Source: Octopus vulgaris
Lineage: Eukaryota
Length of the DNA stretch: 64,000 bases
Direction of reading: 5' to 3'
NCBI GenBank assembly: GCA_951406725.2
Contig: OX597837.1
Location: forward strand, 14,446,001 to 14,510,000
This document shows positions 40,957 through 57,189 of this stretch, piece after piece (position 1 is the first letter of the stretch; each line of letters opens with the position of its first letter). Under the pieces are notes generated by a model, which saw nothing but the letters and a program-made list of their open reading frames with translations, did no database searches and was not told the origin of the DNA. The translations under genes and the position numbers were made by a program.

Positions 40957-43095
40957 ATGTGTATATCAGTGTATATATATTTTCTACCTCTCTCCCCTTT
41001 ATTCTCTCGCTTTACGTGTGTGCATTTTCATACACACACATAATTTAATTAAAGAAATTGTAACTTATATGTCTCTAAAGGAATGCAAACTAAAGACATC
41101 TTGGGTCACTTCAAGTTTCGTGCTTTGACCTTAAAATATTTTGGCCGAAACCAAGTCAACAAAATCCTCCATTTCGATCCAGTTTTAAACTGCACTCACG
41201 ATATGTTTATGACAAAACTTTATATCGAAAACTCTGAGTATAACCAAAACTACACCTGTAGATGCATCCTGCAGTTATTACCCTACGCTTAATTCTGAGA
41301 AGTTATAACCAAATTTTGACACCTAATGTTATATACGTTTGTCTTTTTTAGAATACATAAAATAGGAAAATTCGAACTTCTCTTGTTCTATGTTTGTAAT
41401 TATATACCCTGTGCACAGTTTTCATCGGGTATCATATATATATATTTATTTTAATATATTGCAAATGAAAGACGGAAGCTACCAGGTGTAAACGATTCGT
41501 TTTACTATCCATTGTTTATGTTAACATACATATTTTGAATTATATAGCTGTTGTTTTGTTTCGGTTTCTCAGCATATTATATTATATCATATGAAAAGCA
41601 ACACCAAGATATTTGATTGAATGCAGACGACAACTTCAATTTTATTCTAAATCTTTCATTTTCCTGACAGACCAGTTGAATGAAGGTTTATACATACGCA
41701 CCAAATGCACAAGATCTGAATGATAATAAAGTTTGGGTTTTTATTTACAAATTTCAATGATCTGTCTTGAGTAAGGGTTGTCCCTGATACAAGCACACGC
41801 ACACGCACACAAACACAAACACACACACATAGATATACAGACAGATATATGCATATAGATATATAGATAGATATCAATATAATTCAATATAAATATATAT
41901 AAACAATGCGTATGTGTGTGTGTAAGTGTGTGTACTAGTGTTATATATATTGTGAATGTGTGTGTGTGTCATTTGCATGCTTGCATTCATAAATGTATAT
42001 ATATATATATGGGTGTATGTACATGTACGTATGTATGTGTGTTTGTGTGTATGCATAGCGTTTGTATATGGGCCTCTCTCTGTGTGTATTCGTATGTTTT
42101 CATGAATAGAAAGAACCTACACACACACACAGACACACACCCAAACACCCAAACACACACATACACACACACCAACCAACCAACCAATTCACCACTATGA
42201 GGTGTAACAATTCTTCGTTTCTTCAACGAAATAACCAACCATTCACTGTTTTCATTTCGTCCATATTGACTCTACCTCGCCACCTCCTCCTTCACCCCCA
42301 CCACACACACACAAACACACACGTACACGCACACACACACACGTACACACACACCCAGCCAACATCTCCTACTCCTCCTTCCTCTCCCACCTCGTTCTCC
42401 GCCGTCCTCTTCCTTCCACCAATCCGCTGCTACCACCTGTTGCCGTCTTTCCCCGGACCGTCCTCGCTCTCCTTCTCCCCTTGCTCTCCGTTTCCCATTT
42501 AACGCTCGTGTGTGATGCAATGTGCAGAAACTCTGTATCAATCAAGCGGTTGCATCCTCCTACCGCCACTCCATGGCGGCGCCTCATTGCCTTATATAGT
42601 ATTAGCGTGTGTTCGAGCTGGCTGGCTTTCATGTCCCAGCTTAGTGGAAGCCATCGAAGAACTTGTCACTTACGGCATTATGTTAAATGGTAGTAGACTT
42701 ACCCATCCATTCATGTAGTAGCCGTAACTAATTTACCCACCCCTCTAACCACCACCACCACCACCACAACCACTACCATTTCCATCGTCACCACCACCGC
42801 CGACAACAACAACTACCACCACCATCACCATCACCACCAATACTAACAGTTCCCCACCATCACCGCTGTCGTTTGATGGCTTCACTATACCGTATGTATG
42901 TGTGTGTGTTTGTGTGTGTGTGTGTGCGTGTGTGCAAGAGATAAGTATCTGATTGTGTGTGAGTGTGTGTGTGTATGTGTATGAGCATATATGTGGATGA
43001 TTGTGTGTGCGACAGAGACGGTGAGAGAGATTGTGTGTGTGTGGTGTGTGCATGTGTGTACATTTGTGTGTGTGTGCAAGGGATAAGTATCTGAT

Positions 43096-43130
<35 letters not shown>

Positions 43131-43602
43131 CTTCTTGTGTACAACAGAGAGATAATAAATACGTGTGTGTTTGTGTGTGAGTGTGTGTGTGTGCAACCGA
43201 GAATTTAATGTGTGTCTGTGTGTGTGTGTGTGTCTGTGCATTCATATGTGTGTGACATTTATGTGGATCAGTGTGTGTGTGCGGCAGACACGGTGATAGA
43301 GACTGAGTATATCTATGTGTATGTGTATGTACGTCTGTGTGTATGTCTGTGCATGTATGTATGTGCATTAAGTGTGTGTGTATATATTTGTGTGTATGTA
43401 TACGTGTGCATATGTGTATGTCTGCTTGTATGTGTTGCTGTCTGCGTGAATGACATTGATTGCGATTGTGTATGTCTGATCGTGTATATAAATATATATA
43501 CATGTCCGTGCAATATATAATATCAGTACTATATATATATATATATTAAGCGTGTGTGTTATGTATGGTGTATATGTGTACATGCATGTGTTTGTGTGTG
43601 TA

Positions 43603-43639
<37 letters not shown>

Positions 43640-44059
43640 GTATGTATGTATGTATGTATGTATGTATGTATGTATGTATTATGTATGTACACTCGTGAAT
43701 GCATAACAGATAATGTGTTTTTGTACAGACTACTTACGAAATATATGCATGTGTACTTGCATATATACGTGAAAGTATGGATGTATGTGCAGTTATACAT
43801 ATACGTATGTGTGTGCGCGTATGCTTATGTATATGTGTAAATGGGCCTGTATGTGAGTATGCATGTAGTGCTTATCAAAAATAACGGGCTCTTTCACTTT
43901 TTAGTAACTTTTAATTTTACCGCAAGTATTGCTTCATTTTCATCTTGTGTTTCATATTGACTTCTTTCAGATATTCTTATTCTTTTTTTATATTGTGCCT
44001 TACTTCAGTTTATTGTTGCTGAGATATAATACCAACAAAGGTGATAATTTGTGGCCAAA

Positions 44060-45530
44060 ACCCTGCTGGATTATGAGTTTAACATTTTGGCCAATGCGTT
44101 AGCAAACAGGTTGATTCTTGTCGCAAGGAGTTTGATGGGAGATCAGTGGAAAGCCTTCAATAAGGTCGACCATCACTACTGGGTAGCAGTCTTAAAAGCA
44201 ACAAGTTTCAGTCATGTTTTCAAAGGCTGGATCGCAGCAATGCACAATATTGCTTGCTAAAAGTAAAGGGCCACCTCTAATAACCATTTCATATCGCACG
44301 CTTGGTCAGTCAGGGGTGGCCTTCCTCATCTCTTCTATATATACTGGCTCTCGAGCCATTGCTGCGGAAGCTAGGGCACTTCAGGGGTATCGCTTTCGAA
44401 CTGGGATGCGGGAAAGCTTGTGGATGACATCACTGTGATTGTGTCAGACATCGCAAAAGTGCAAGTAAGCGATTCCATTCTAAAGGAATACGAGACGGCG
44501 ACAGGGGCAAGGATACATCCAGACAAGTCGCGTGTGACTCAGTACCTGGAGCGGCAAGGTTATGCCACTGGACAGCATAAGAGGTCGCTGAGTAGACCAA
44601 CCAGGTAAGATGCTTGATGTATGATTTGGATCAGACCTCCAGGCGGAGAAGTTCTGGGTTCGGTTACGAACAGGAAAGGCAGCCTCACCTAGACATGGAT
44701 TGAGAGGAAACTTTCTCTAAATGGTTGAGCAGAGGGAGAAGGTGAATGCCTTCATCGCATCTGTAATAGCTTAACTTTCAGAAATCCGTGTCTTGGTAGT
44801 GCTAGCGAGGGGCACTGCCGGTTCAAGATAAACTCTACAGGCAGACAAGTGCCGCCAGGCAGGACTGCCAAAGATGCGCGCAGAGCGACGAAACCGTACT
44901 GTACGCATTTGCAATGTCCGAACATTGCTAACCTGTGGAGTTATGTCAAACAGTTGTTATTGTGTGCATATCGGCCGAGTACATCGTAAGAATCGCCCCT
45001 ACCACCCACAATTAGCAAGGCAGAGCAGGTTTTGTTCTTCTAATTAGTGGTTGTGGCGAAAGAATATATGTGGAGCACGAGGGCGAAAAGATTGCGGAAA
45101 GACAACTTCGTCTTCGGTCAAGATCACATCAACATTTTTAAGCTCCACACAGAAAAAAAAAAGTGAAGTTGGAGAGGAAAATAAATTTGTCAAAAAGTGA
45201 ATGACTGTTGCAGAAATGGCTAACGTGAATGAAAATACTCTAAGCTTGCTGTAGATTTGAGAGCAACAATCGGACGAGGGCTTGTGCGTTTGGTGGTTGA
45301 AGTGATCCTCGATCTGGGGAGCTCCTTGAGTGGCCCTAACTGGACAGTTGTCCTGCATTAGCAAGACTGTATCATAGATGCGTTCACCTATTTTGCAGAC
45401 CCTGAATACTTTGATCTCATTTCCCCTTCTTCTTTTGTTCCCCTCGTCTTTTATGGAAGTCCCCTCACAAATTGTAAACTGTTCTTGTAGTGCCTTCCCC
45501 ATTGGATGCACCATTGACAAACAAAGGAAA
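44060..45530 (+). mobile_element. Decayed, internally deleted L1/Tx1-like LINE (RT, C-terminus, probable 3' UTR)
   Basis: LLDYEFNILANALANRL, KAFNKVDHHY..FKGWIAAM, VDDITVIVSD, KEYETATGARIHPDKS, and HAF/LQCP-like zinc-finger remnant near 44900-44940. Same motif order as 10690-12190 and 61967-62848. Confidence 0.85.
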
Positions 45531-45544
45531 TCATTATCAACATC

Positions 45545-45590
<46 letters not shown>

Positions 45591-45931
45591 GGGATACTCT
45601 CTCGTCCATCGTTAAGAAGGTCAGACGAGTGGTGACGGTAGTTAACACCCAAAATATGCAACATAAGAGGTACAAGTTTGTATGGAAGGCCAACAGCACA
45701 GGTGTTCCCCGTGTTTGTTTACAATGAACCTCCACACACACACACACACATGCACACACACGCGCACACACACACACACACATATATTATATATATACAT
45801 ACATGCATACATACATATATACATACATATCTCTCTGTCCATCCTATTTATTTACACATCTGTCTGTTTGTTACTCACATTAAGGTATGTAGATTCGTGT
45901 GTATACATGCACATATATAAACATGCACGGA

Positions 45932-45972
<41 letters not shown>

Positions 45973-46233
45973 ATGCATGTAAGAAAGTACGTATACATAA
46001 CTATATATGCGGATATATTCATGCATACATGAGCTAATGTATGTATGTATATACACACATCTGCTTGTATGTATGTGTACAGAATGTTGTTTGTGTGTGT
46101 GTGATTACACACATACAGACATACGGGCGCATGCACGCACGTATCTTCTTGCATAAAAGAGAAAATATGCATGCACACACACACACATCACACACACAGA
46201 AGCAGACAGGCCGAAAGACAGCCAGACAGACAC

Positions 46234-46321
<88 letters not shown>

Positions 46322-46549
46322 GAGTGTTTGCGTGCGTGTGAGTATGTGTATACTCATATATTTGATTAAGAATTCGAGGGAAGGGAAGGTTGGAGGACTG
46401 GAGGGGTGAGGAGGGTGGAGGAAATGATCGATATGGCAATGCGCTTGTGTTGGTAGTGGTGGTCGTGGAGGTTGTCTCAATGTTGCTAGAGGAATATGAT
46501 GGGATAGGTAACTTTGTGAATCGAACCATAAATGAATGTACGATTGAAG

Positions 46550-46603
46550 GAAGAAGAAGAAGAAGAAGAAGAAGAAGAAGAAGAAGAAGAAGAAGAAGAA
46601 GAA

Positions 46604-46644
<41 letters not shown>

Positions 46645-46662
46645 AGGAGAAGAAGAAGAAGA
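46550..46662. repeat. (GAA)n array
   Basis: Direct reading. Confidence 0.95.
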
Positions 46663-46966
46663 GAGATCATTCAAAGAAACGACTAGAAGTGAGGAACAGG
46701 CAGAGAAGGAAAGAATTACGGAGTAGCAGAAAACAAGAGGGATAGTGAGAGGTGTAGCGATCGAGAACGAGAACGAGAACGAGAAAGGAAGAAGGTAGTG
46801 GAAGCCAGGGCTGCATAAAGCAGACGAGAAAGAGGCAAATACTAGTAGTAGTACGATGGAGATTAGGAGGGAAAGTAGGTGAGGAGCGAGGGGAGTAGAT
46901 GCAGCGCAGAACGATGGGCGGAGGAAGTAGATGAGGAGGAGGAGACGCAGCAGCTCCGATTAAAAG

Positions 46967-46981
46967 AGATGGCGGCCATCT
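46967..46981. promoter_or_regulatory. Overlapping, oppositely oriented YY1-like sites AGATGGCGGCCATCT
   Basis: Matches the AAGATGGCG-type consensus on both strands. Confidence 0.35.
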
Positions 46982-47227
46982 TAAGTGAAAATATCTGGTT
47001 TAGGTGTATTTTCGAATCGATATGACCATATATAGGTCAGTATAGATTAAGGAGGATATCCCTAGTTGCGGGAAGTGGTTTATTGATCGGATTGGTGATA
47101 TTCAAATTATCTATCAGCACCTACAACTGGTAAACTTCCACCGACACCGCCGCCGATACCCACCGCCACACTTCGCCAAGAAGCTCAATCAGTATGCAAA
47201 CCGCAACATACAAACACACAATGACAC

Positions 47228-47258
<31 letters not shown>

Positions 47259-47414
47259 CATATATGTATGCATATGCACAGACACAATGATGCATACACG
47301 GTAACACACACACACATTCACACATATGCGCATGCACGCATGCACGTACGCGTGTATATGCATGTGTGAGTGTGTGTGCATGCGTATATGTATGCATATA
47401 CGAACATACAGATT

Positions 47415-47463
<49 letters not shown>

Positions 47464-47555
47464 CGTGTCTGTATGTTTATATATGTATGTGTGTGTGTGC
47501 ATGTACGTATTTGTATTATTGTGTGTATATGTATACGTATATATATGCATACATT

Positions 47556-47595
<40 letters not shown>

Positions 47596-47707
47596 TACGT
47601 GTGTATAAATACATATATATGCATACATAAATATATGTATATATATATATATACATATATATGTATATGTGCAAGTATATATATATATATGTGTCTGTAT
47701 GTGTTGG

Positions 47708-47753
<46 letters not shown>

Positions 47754-47762
47754 TATTTAGAT

Positions 47763-47811
<49 letters not shown>

Positions 47812-47887
47812 TGCGTATGTGTATGCATATATATGTGGGTGTGTGTATGTGTGTGTTTGTGTGTGCGTGCGTGTGTGTTTGAGTGTC

Positions 47888-47922
<35 letters not shown>

Positions 47923-47926
47923 TTCT

Positions 47927-47980
<54 letters not shown>

Positions 47981-48759
47981 AGAAATATATATTTGCACGC
48001 AACTAATATGTCCATGTGTATAAAACATCTGCAGGTGCAGTGAATGTTCGAAAATATGCAACGTGTGGAAAATGCTGGGGATTTTTCTTAATGGTGAAAT
48101 AAATACAAACATCTTTTATGAAAGAATCTAAACGAAATCTTATTCTCCCGTTCGTGTCTTCTTGCCATTCCAGAATAATACAGAATAAGATTGATGCTGG
48201 AAGCTTCTAGTTCTCCATACATTCATTCACATCTGCACTGAAAACTCACGCTTTTGCTGGAAATCTGCGAATTTGCAGATTTTCCCTCTGTTGAATTTAC
48301 GTACGAGTTGATGATAATCGACGATCGCAAAAATGTTACTCGCTGAGTGTACGATGTCGTATTTGATGTTGTGAGAAAGAAAGAGAGAGATGAAACCCCG
48401 AGTAAATATGAATGGCTTGGTGCACAGTGAAAACACTTAATTTTTCCAAATGGTATTAAAATTGATAGAAAATACAGATAAATACCCTGGAAATAACGCT
48501 TGGCAGGCCTTAGACAATGTATCATAAACACAATGGCTTCTAATTTAAAGTGAAGGTCAGCAGTTTTTAAAGGGAAAGGAACGACTTCAGGGATTAAAGG
48601 AAAAGTTGATTTCGGTGGGGTTTGAAGAGCCGGAACAAATACGGCAGAGCATTTCGGCGACGCTCTTGCAATGGTAGCGGCTGGCAGCCTTCAAGAGGCC
48701 ATAAGCATAACGTAAATAAATGAATGCAGTCGTTGTTCTCGAGGTTGTTTTATCCAAAT

Positions 48760-49170
48760 ACAAGAAGCATCAACAATGTCTAAGTTTCTACTTTCCAAAA
48801 TATATATTCACCGAATTAAAAGTTTCCAAATAATGGTAAAATTTGAACGGCAAAATGACAATTTGCAAAGCTGACCATAATCCAGTTAATCTACCTATCA
48901 TAGCTCAGTTAATCTCTCCAGTTGCAATACCGCATTTTTATATACACCACTTCATCAAATTTTGTCTGAGTTTCAACAAGAGCAAAGATGTTCTCGTGTC
49001 CTATTGCTTTAAGATTTGATCCCTTTTTGTACCTTTTTCGAAAATCAAAACAAGACAGGAAGATAGCAGCAGAGAACAACAACGAATCAAAGAAAGATGT
49101 GTGCAAAACATGATATTTGAAAACTACGACCCATAAGACAAAGCTTTGCGATGGGTTGTCTGATGACCGT
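48760..49170 (+). pseudogene. Possible decayed MULE-like transposase C-terminal remnant
   Basis: With frameshifts reads ..NPV..YHSSVN..LHQILSEFQQEQ, reminiscent of RTNNxxExxH..L..EQ. Weak. Confidence 0.25.
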
Positions 49171-50477
49171 CATCTGGTAATGAAATAAAATTTAGCGTTT
49201 AAACCTTCGCGCATATAATGCATCAGGACCGTATACAAAATTAGATGAAACCTTCTAGAAATTATATAGTCCAGGAGGCATAGCTCCATTGGTTTTCAAC
49301 TTTTTATTCTCGCAAATAAAGTATTTAAATCTATTCGCCATATTCACTGAGCATCAACGATGTGATCCAGAATAAGGCTCAGCTATAGACGAAAAGTCGG
49401 CTCCTTTGCGAAGTGAAAGTGAAAGCGAAACTAGAAATGACTATTAAAGACCTTGAAAGAGATCTTGCAGTCTTAGTTTACGTTTATGTTAGTTTACGAT
49501 TCTAAAAGCATCATTCTTAAATTTACACTTTTGACCGTTAAACATGATATATATGTGTGTGTGTGTGTGTGTGTGTATTTGTGTGTTGAAAAGTATGTAT
49601 GCATATGTGTTTGTGTTTATATATATACACACACATATATATATGCATACATTCACTATACATACACATACGTGTGCATATATTTGTGTGTATATACGGG
49701 TAGATAGATAAATAGATATATGACGTTTGTATACACATATAGTATTTGAGTGTATATATATATACGCGCAAGCATACGCACACACACGCATGTATATATA
49801 TATATACATTCGCATGTATGTATATTTTGAACATTTGCATATATTCACGTTTTATAATGAGAACATACACAAACACACACACGCACGCCACACCACGCAC
49901 TACGCACACACACCTCCCTCGATCCACCCGCCCAACCGCCCCCCTCCCCCACACCCCATACGCGGAGATGTTAGAAATATTGCCTTAAATAGAGAAATTT
50001 TATCAACGAAGCTGCGCTGCATATTCGGCTGCCATTCTGTATTATTGCACAAACATCCAGTGTCAACGTTTTCTCAATAAAAGCAATCGCCTGGCTGCCT
50101 GCCTGCAGAACATCGAACTAGCCACCGACTGAAGCGGCGCAGCTCCGCCTTCGCTGCCGCCGCCACCGCCACCACAACCACCTCCTTCTCTCTTTCTCTC
50201 TCTCTCTTTCTCAACACACACACACACATACGTTGCATTCATGCATGCATACATAAACTCTTTTCCTCCTTTGCTGCAACACAGCCAACAGGTTGTCGCT
50301 GACAATTTTGTGTGTCCGTGTGTCCGCCTTCGCGCGCGCGAGTGTCTGTGTGTTCGCGTGTGTGTGTGTGCGTGTGTGTGTGTGTGTGTGAGTGTGTGTG
50401 TGTGTGTGTGCAATATGCTGCTGTTGACTCTATTACTACTACAGATAGTGTTTGGTTGGCGTGTATATGGCATATAT

Positions 50478-50510
<33 letters not shown>

Positions 50511-51998
50511 CACACACACATATACATATGTATGTATGTATGTATGTATTTATGTATGTATAATACCTTTGCGTGCACCTCGCGTGTGTATGCATGCATG
50601 CGTGCGGCCTGAGTATATGTATGTGTGTGTGTTTGCATGCATGTATCTCGACATGTATGTATTTGCGTGTTTGTGTGTTTGTGTGTGAATATATCTATGC
50701 GTATGATTGAGTGTGCATGTGTATGTATATGTGTGTGCTTGTGTGTGTGTGTGTTGTATGTGTACGTGTGTGTGTTTGTTTGCGTGTGCAAAATTATGCA
50801 CGCACCTTTACACGCTGCGTACTCGAAAATACCGTTCATAAATATGTTTAACAATCCTTTCCATATATGGTCAACTTTCATTCTTCTATGACCCGTTAGC
50901 AAATAGCACGCGACGTAAATATAGCTTTTCTCCGTCGATTTTTGTCTGATCACAACTCGCCTTGATTCATGCATGCACTCTCTACTCCGCACTATTTTTA
51001 GCACATCCACACACCCCACCCCAACCACTTTGCTTTTGCTTTTTGTTATTATTTTTTTCTTTGTTTTCTATTCTTTTTTTCTCCTTTCTTTACATCTCAC
51101 TTCGTCTGCATCTCTCGTTTTCTCTTTCTTTTCCCATCTTACACTTCTCAATATGTACGAACACTCAGACGAACATAAAAACATACACACACTATCTCTG
51201 TCTCTCTTTTCTTCCTCATTTTCCCTTTCTCTTTCTCTCTCTCTTTCTTTTTCATTAAAACCTGATTAGCTTTCTTTATTCAAATTTCCAGCTATCCCTG
51301 TGCGTTTAATTTTTGCATTATTTATCTTATTCCATTTTTACTAATTGACTGTCGGTATGTCTATCAATCTGTTTGCCTGTTTCTTCTGTCAATCCGATCG
51401 TCTGCTTGTCTTTCAATCTGTCTGTTTGTCTGTCGTCTGCAATGATCTGCTGGCCAGTGCTATGTACTGCCATATTCAGACCGAAGCTAACTAGACCAAC
51501 GCTTTGGTGCAACAAATCCACGCATTTAATATAATGAAGGGGCAATGCTTTTGTCTTCATTCTTAAAAATATGGTTTCACCCACCCCAACACTTGGTACC
51601 CCAGAAACCGTTGCACATATATCTGAATGGTCAAATAAAGATACCTGTGCATGCGTGTGTGTGCGTGTATATGTGTGTGTGTGTTTGAGGTGTGCTCATT
51701 CATCTGTGTGTGTGTATGTGTGTGTGCTAGTGAATGCGTGTGTGCAGTAATGTGCATTAATGGCCACTTGTTTTCTTTCATTCGGTCTACTTAAATATAT
51801 GTGTGTCCATATGTGGTTATGTGATCGTGGAAGGACGTGCACGGGCGGGTAGGACTGACTGCACACACACACACACACATATACGCACACAATACACATC
51901 TATATATACAACAATAGGATTTGTAACAGAAATTATGCTAACACCTTATGTATGCGTATGTGTGTATATGTATTTGGATGCATAGATATTTGCACCTT

Positions 51999-52067
<69 letters not shown>

Positions 52068-52269
52068 AGAGAGAAACAGACAGACAGACACGTAGATAGA
52101 TAGATAGATAGATAGATATCTACGCACAAACACACACATATATATACATATACACATTTGTGTGCATATTCTAATTGCACCATTTTGCACCTAATCTACA
52201 ATGCACCATGGAGTTTCTTTGAGTTCACCTTTCAATGTAAAAACAGGAGTCTCCATACGAATTGCTGTA

Positions 52270-52450
52270 TAATGTGAGAAATAGCAGCTAAATCTCCCTC
52301 AAATCACACTCCTTTAAAAACAATAAGAATGCATTGGACAATGTATATCCTAGATACACTATGCCGAAAGAAATCAAAGGTGGGATTGGCACGGCTGGAA
52401 TGACTTTAATCATAAATCATGTTGTAGGCCAAGCTAGATTCGGGGTAAAC
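52270..52450 (+). mobile_element. Dispersed repeat family D copy
   Basis: gaaatagcagctaaatctccctcaaatcacac...cattggacaatgta...ggcacggctggaatg...ggggtaaac. Confidence 0.72.
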
Positions 52451-52843
52451 CTCATCAGGGTTTGGGCATGGCTGGAACTTCTTGGATCGTAACGCTTTTT
52501 ATTCTGGCACTGAGGAAATATTTACAAACCGCGATGCCATTGGAAGAGGCATGAAGGATCCACTTCCAATTTTTTTTTCTTGAAATGACATGGCGTCCTC
52601 ATAATTCTTAACCTGTTGCCAATTAGCAAATGCACTTTGTAGCAACGAAATGCAATATTATGCGTTATGTATTCGCTTTAATTTCAATATTAACATTTAT
52701 GAGTCGATACGTTTTTATTGCAGAAAGTGGAAGATATCTGATTAATTTGAAAGTGTAAACAAATTTGCTAATATTTCATTGAATTAAAATATATATGGAC
52801 GTATGCATGAATGTACGAATGTATGTACCTAGGTACATATGTA

Positions 52844-52886
<43 letters not shown>

Positions 52887-53598
52887 GTATGTGTGTATAT
52901 ATATATATGTGTGTGTTTGTGTACGTACGTATGAACGTACGTTTTCTCCGAATATTTATTTGCAAAGGTAAATTTCTAAATTAGTAATCTACAACCGTAG
53001 CCAATAGTCGATTCATCTATGACATTAACAAGCCCTTATATGGGCATCGAGTGTTTTAAAGAGCAAATAGTCAGCCTATGTTTGGGCACTTCCGGCTAAT
53101 AATGTCCCCTGCGTCGACCTGGAATTTTCTGCATTCAGCTCATTATTTCGCTGTGTTTATCTGAACAGCTGAGCGCATAATATTCATAATTCTGAGCAGA
53201 AAAATATTCCAATCCACGCTTAATGCCATACATAAGTGTGTGTGCGTACGTGTGTGTGTGTTTGTGTTCGAGGAATATATGCAGATCAAAACGTTGTTTA
53301 AATATATGTCTATTAGCTTAGGAGGCTTAGATTCATCGCTCCAGCATGCTAATCAACATATGCATGTAAATCATCCGTATGCAATATCTGCAACAATTAA
53401 TTATCGCATTACTGTTTTTTAATATTTGAATTTCCTTTTTGGCGGGGCGGGAGGGTACGGGTACAAATAATGATATATATATATATATATATATATACAT
53501 ACACACACATTTATTTATATATATCTATGTTCCAAATCTTTGTCTTTTTATTTGCGCAAAATAATAATAATAATGATAATAGTAATAATTATAATAAT

Positions 53599-53642
<44 letters not shown>

Positions 53643-54577
53643 TTATTATTGTTATTGTTATTGTTATTGATAATGGCTGAAATAAATATGTATTGTTTTG
53701 TTTTAAATGCAACGTTTGCCCTGTTGCGTGATGCACTTAACGAATAGAATCCCCCAAATTAGGTTGATCAAACTGGCCAGGTGCCACAACGTAACCCGTT
53801 GTTTAACAGAAGCAAATGGACAAACTGGATGAGCAACACAAAGACTCTAAACGATGCACACACACACACACACTCAGGTTTCATAATGTATGCATACAAA
53901 CACACACACACACACACACACACACAGATATTCACTGAATATTACATTGGGGTATACCTGAAGATTTTAGCATCCAGTGATTTCGGAAATTAATAGAAAT
54001 TGATAGATTAAATTTACTAGATACACGAAGCAGTCGTCAAGGTCTCTCCTGTTTATCATATATTCATATAAATGCATGTGTGTGTGTATGTGTGTGTGTG
54101 TGAAACAGAGGTTTACGTGCACCTAGATTTGTGTCGACTGTGTCTACCGTTTGTTGAATGTTGGCAATCATTCGTTCTGTGTGATTTCTTTTCTGTTTTT
54201 ACGGCTGCTGCCATATTTACAAGTAATGTTTCGCTGCCAATTTCCACCATAAAACAACAACCAATAAAACAATACGAAATAACGAAGTGCATAAAAGACA
54301 GCCCGCTCCCCCGCTTCATTTATTTAGTGGTCAGGTAGAGGTCAGCAATATGTATGGGCTTTGGTGAGTAGGTAGGTCGTGTGGGTGGGCGGGTAGGTGG
54401 GTAGGTCGGGTGTTGCCGGGTGTTGTCGGGTGGATTTGATGGGGGAGAGAGAGAAAGACACATAGATTGTTCTTCGTTCGACAGGAAATGATTCCGTTTG
54501 TGTCAGTTTTACCTCGAACGGCTGCTTTCGACTATCGAAGGATAGCAGCAGTGATTTCAACTGTGGCTGCATTGGAA

Positions 54578-54641
<64 letters not shown>

Positions 54642-54969
54642 GGTAACGGTAAAAGCAGCTCGATTAGCTTCCAACACAGATGGTCGAGGCAGCAACAGCA
54701 GCAACTGCAGCAGTAGCAACGGCAGCAGCAACAGTAGCAGCAGCAATTGCAGCGGTAGTCTGTCAGAGAGAAATCAGTCGGTGGTTGCAACAGCACCAGC
54801 AGCAGCAGTGCCAGCAGAGACTGTCACAGACAACAATTACCATTATTCTCTGTTGCCATAAAAGCTGTGTAGATTATTATTCGTGTTCTTGCTTTCGACT
54901 AACAATTCCTCTACCAATGTCTCCTACACCGAGGCATGCACACATATACACATACACACATATGCTCAA

Positions 54970-55074
<105 letters not shown>

Positions 55075-55200
55075 TACATATAGATATATGTGTTGTTTAA
55101 ACGTAGATATATGTTTGTGTATGTTTGCGCGCATACATACATATTCACAGATATAACATGCATACATGCTCACGCTTATTTCTTATGCAGATATATATAT

Positions 55201-55279
<79 letters not shown>

Positions 55280-55622
55280 CACATGCACACACACACACAC
55301 ACATAAATATTTAGATATATAGATATACAAACATTAATGCATACACGTGTGTGTATGTGTATGTGTATACATATGTATGTACGTATGTATGTGTGTGTGT
55401 ATATGTATACATACACATGTTTCATGAAATACACGTGTGTTCAAGATTTAGGTTGTTTTTGTTTTGTTTGTTTTTTATATCGTCCATATTTCTTGATAGG
55501 AAAATATGAAAAATCTGAAGCAAAGAAGATGAAACTGGAACACAGTCGTGTTTTTAATGAAATGTACTTGAAAGAAAATCTGCTCCAGCATGGTCGCAGC
55601 CTAAAGGCCGAGACGTATAAAA

Positions 55623-55683
<61 letters not shown>

Positions 55684-55838
55684 CACACAAACACAACATA
55701 CACATATATACATATATACATTCAAGAATCTCTGGAACTGTCATGACAAAAAGAAGATATAATCCTTTGTCTCTTTTTTGTGACCGTTTTTAACTCAACG
55801 TAGAACTTAAATCTCAAAAGCACACACAGAGACATTGA

Positions 55839-56765
55839 CACATACATACATACATACATACATACATACATACATACATACATACATACATACATACATA
55901 CATACATGCATACATACATACATGCATACACACATACATTCATACATACACACATACATACATACATACATACATACATACATACATACATACATACATA
56001 CATACATACATACATACATACATACATACATGCATACACACATACATACATACATACATACATACACACATACATACATACATACATACATACATACATA
56101 CATACATACATACATACATACATACATACATACATACATACATACATACATACATACATACATACATACATACATACATACATACATACATACATACATA
56201 CATACATACATACATACATACATACATACATACATACATACATACATACATACATACATACATACATACATACATACATACATACATACATACATACATA
56301 CATACATACATACATACATACATACATACATACATACATACATACATACATACATACATACATACATACATACATACATACATACATACATACATACATA
56401 CATACATACATGCATACACACATACATACATACATATACTAATACATACATACATACACACATACATACACACATACATACATACATACATACATTCATA
56501 CATACATGCATACATATATACATACATACATACATACATACATGCATACACACATGCATACATACATATACTCATACATACATACACACATACATATACA
56601 CATACATACATACATACATACATACATACATACACACATACATACATACATACATACATACATACATACATACATACATACATACATACATACATACATA
56701 CATACATACATGTATAAATGCATATATACATACATACATACATACATTCACACACACATACATGC
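55839..56765. repeat. (CATA)n array, ~900 bp, with a long perfect core
   Basis: Direct reading. Confidence 0.97.
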
Positions 56766-56846
56766 ATTTGTGCAAATATACATATATACATACTCACGTA
56801 CATGCACACATACATAGATACATATGAATATATATGTGTATATATA

Positions 56847-56894
<48 letters not shown>

Positions 56895-56896
56895 TA

Positions 56897-56954
<58 letters not shown>

Positions 56955-57189
56955 CACATACATACATACATACATATAAACACACGTTGACACAGATACA
57001 TACATACAAGCATACATTCATCCTCACATACATAGACATCCATACATGCATACTTACATACATAGTGTAAATTGGATCTCCGTCGCTTTCGAGGGTGAAT
57101 ATTCGGTTATTCGATCAAATGAATTATTCTATCCTTCAGTTCACTTGTGTAAGTGGCTGGGTATTCCATATGCCTATCAGTGTGGTGCA

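Noticed and set aside
45044-45664. 206-aa minus-strand ORF
   Set aside because: Antisense to the LINE C-terminus and 3' UTR plus an (AAT)n tract; no recognisable domain.
54680-54860. PolyQ/polyA coding exon
   Set aside because: A CAG-rich tract that runs into (TA)n, with no convincing splice signals or homology.
55722-57043. Long ORFs of MYVC/HTYI/YI/LSIY/poly-amino-acid repeats here and throughout the window
   Set aside because: They are stop-free translations of (CATA)n, (TA)n, (GATA)n and trinucleotide microsatellites, open in several frames on both strands.
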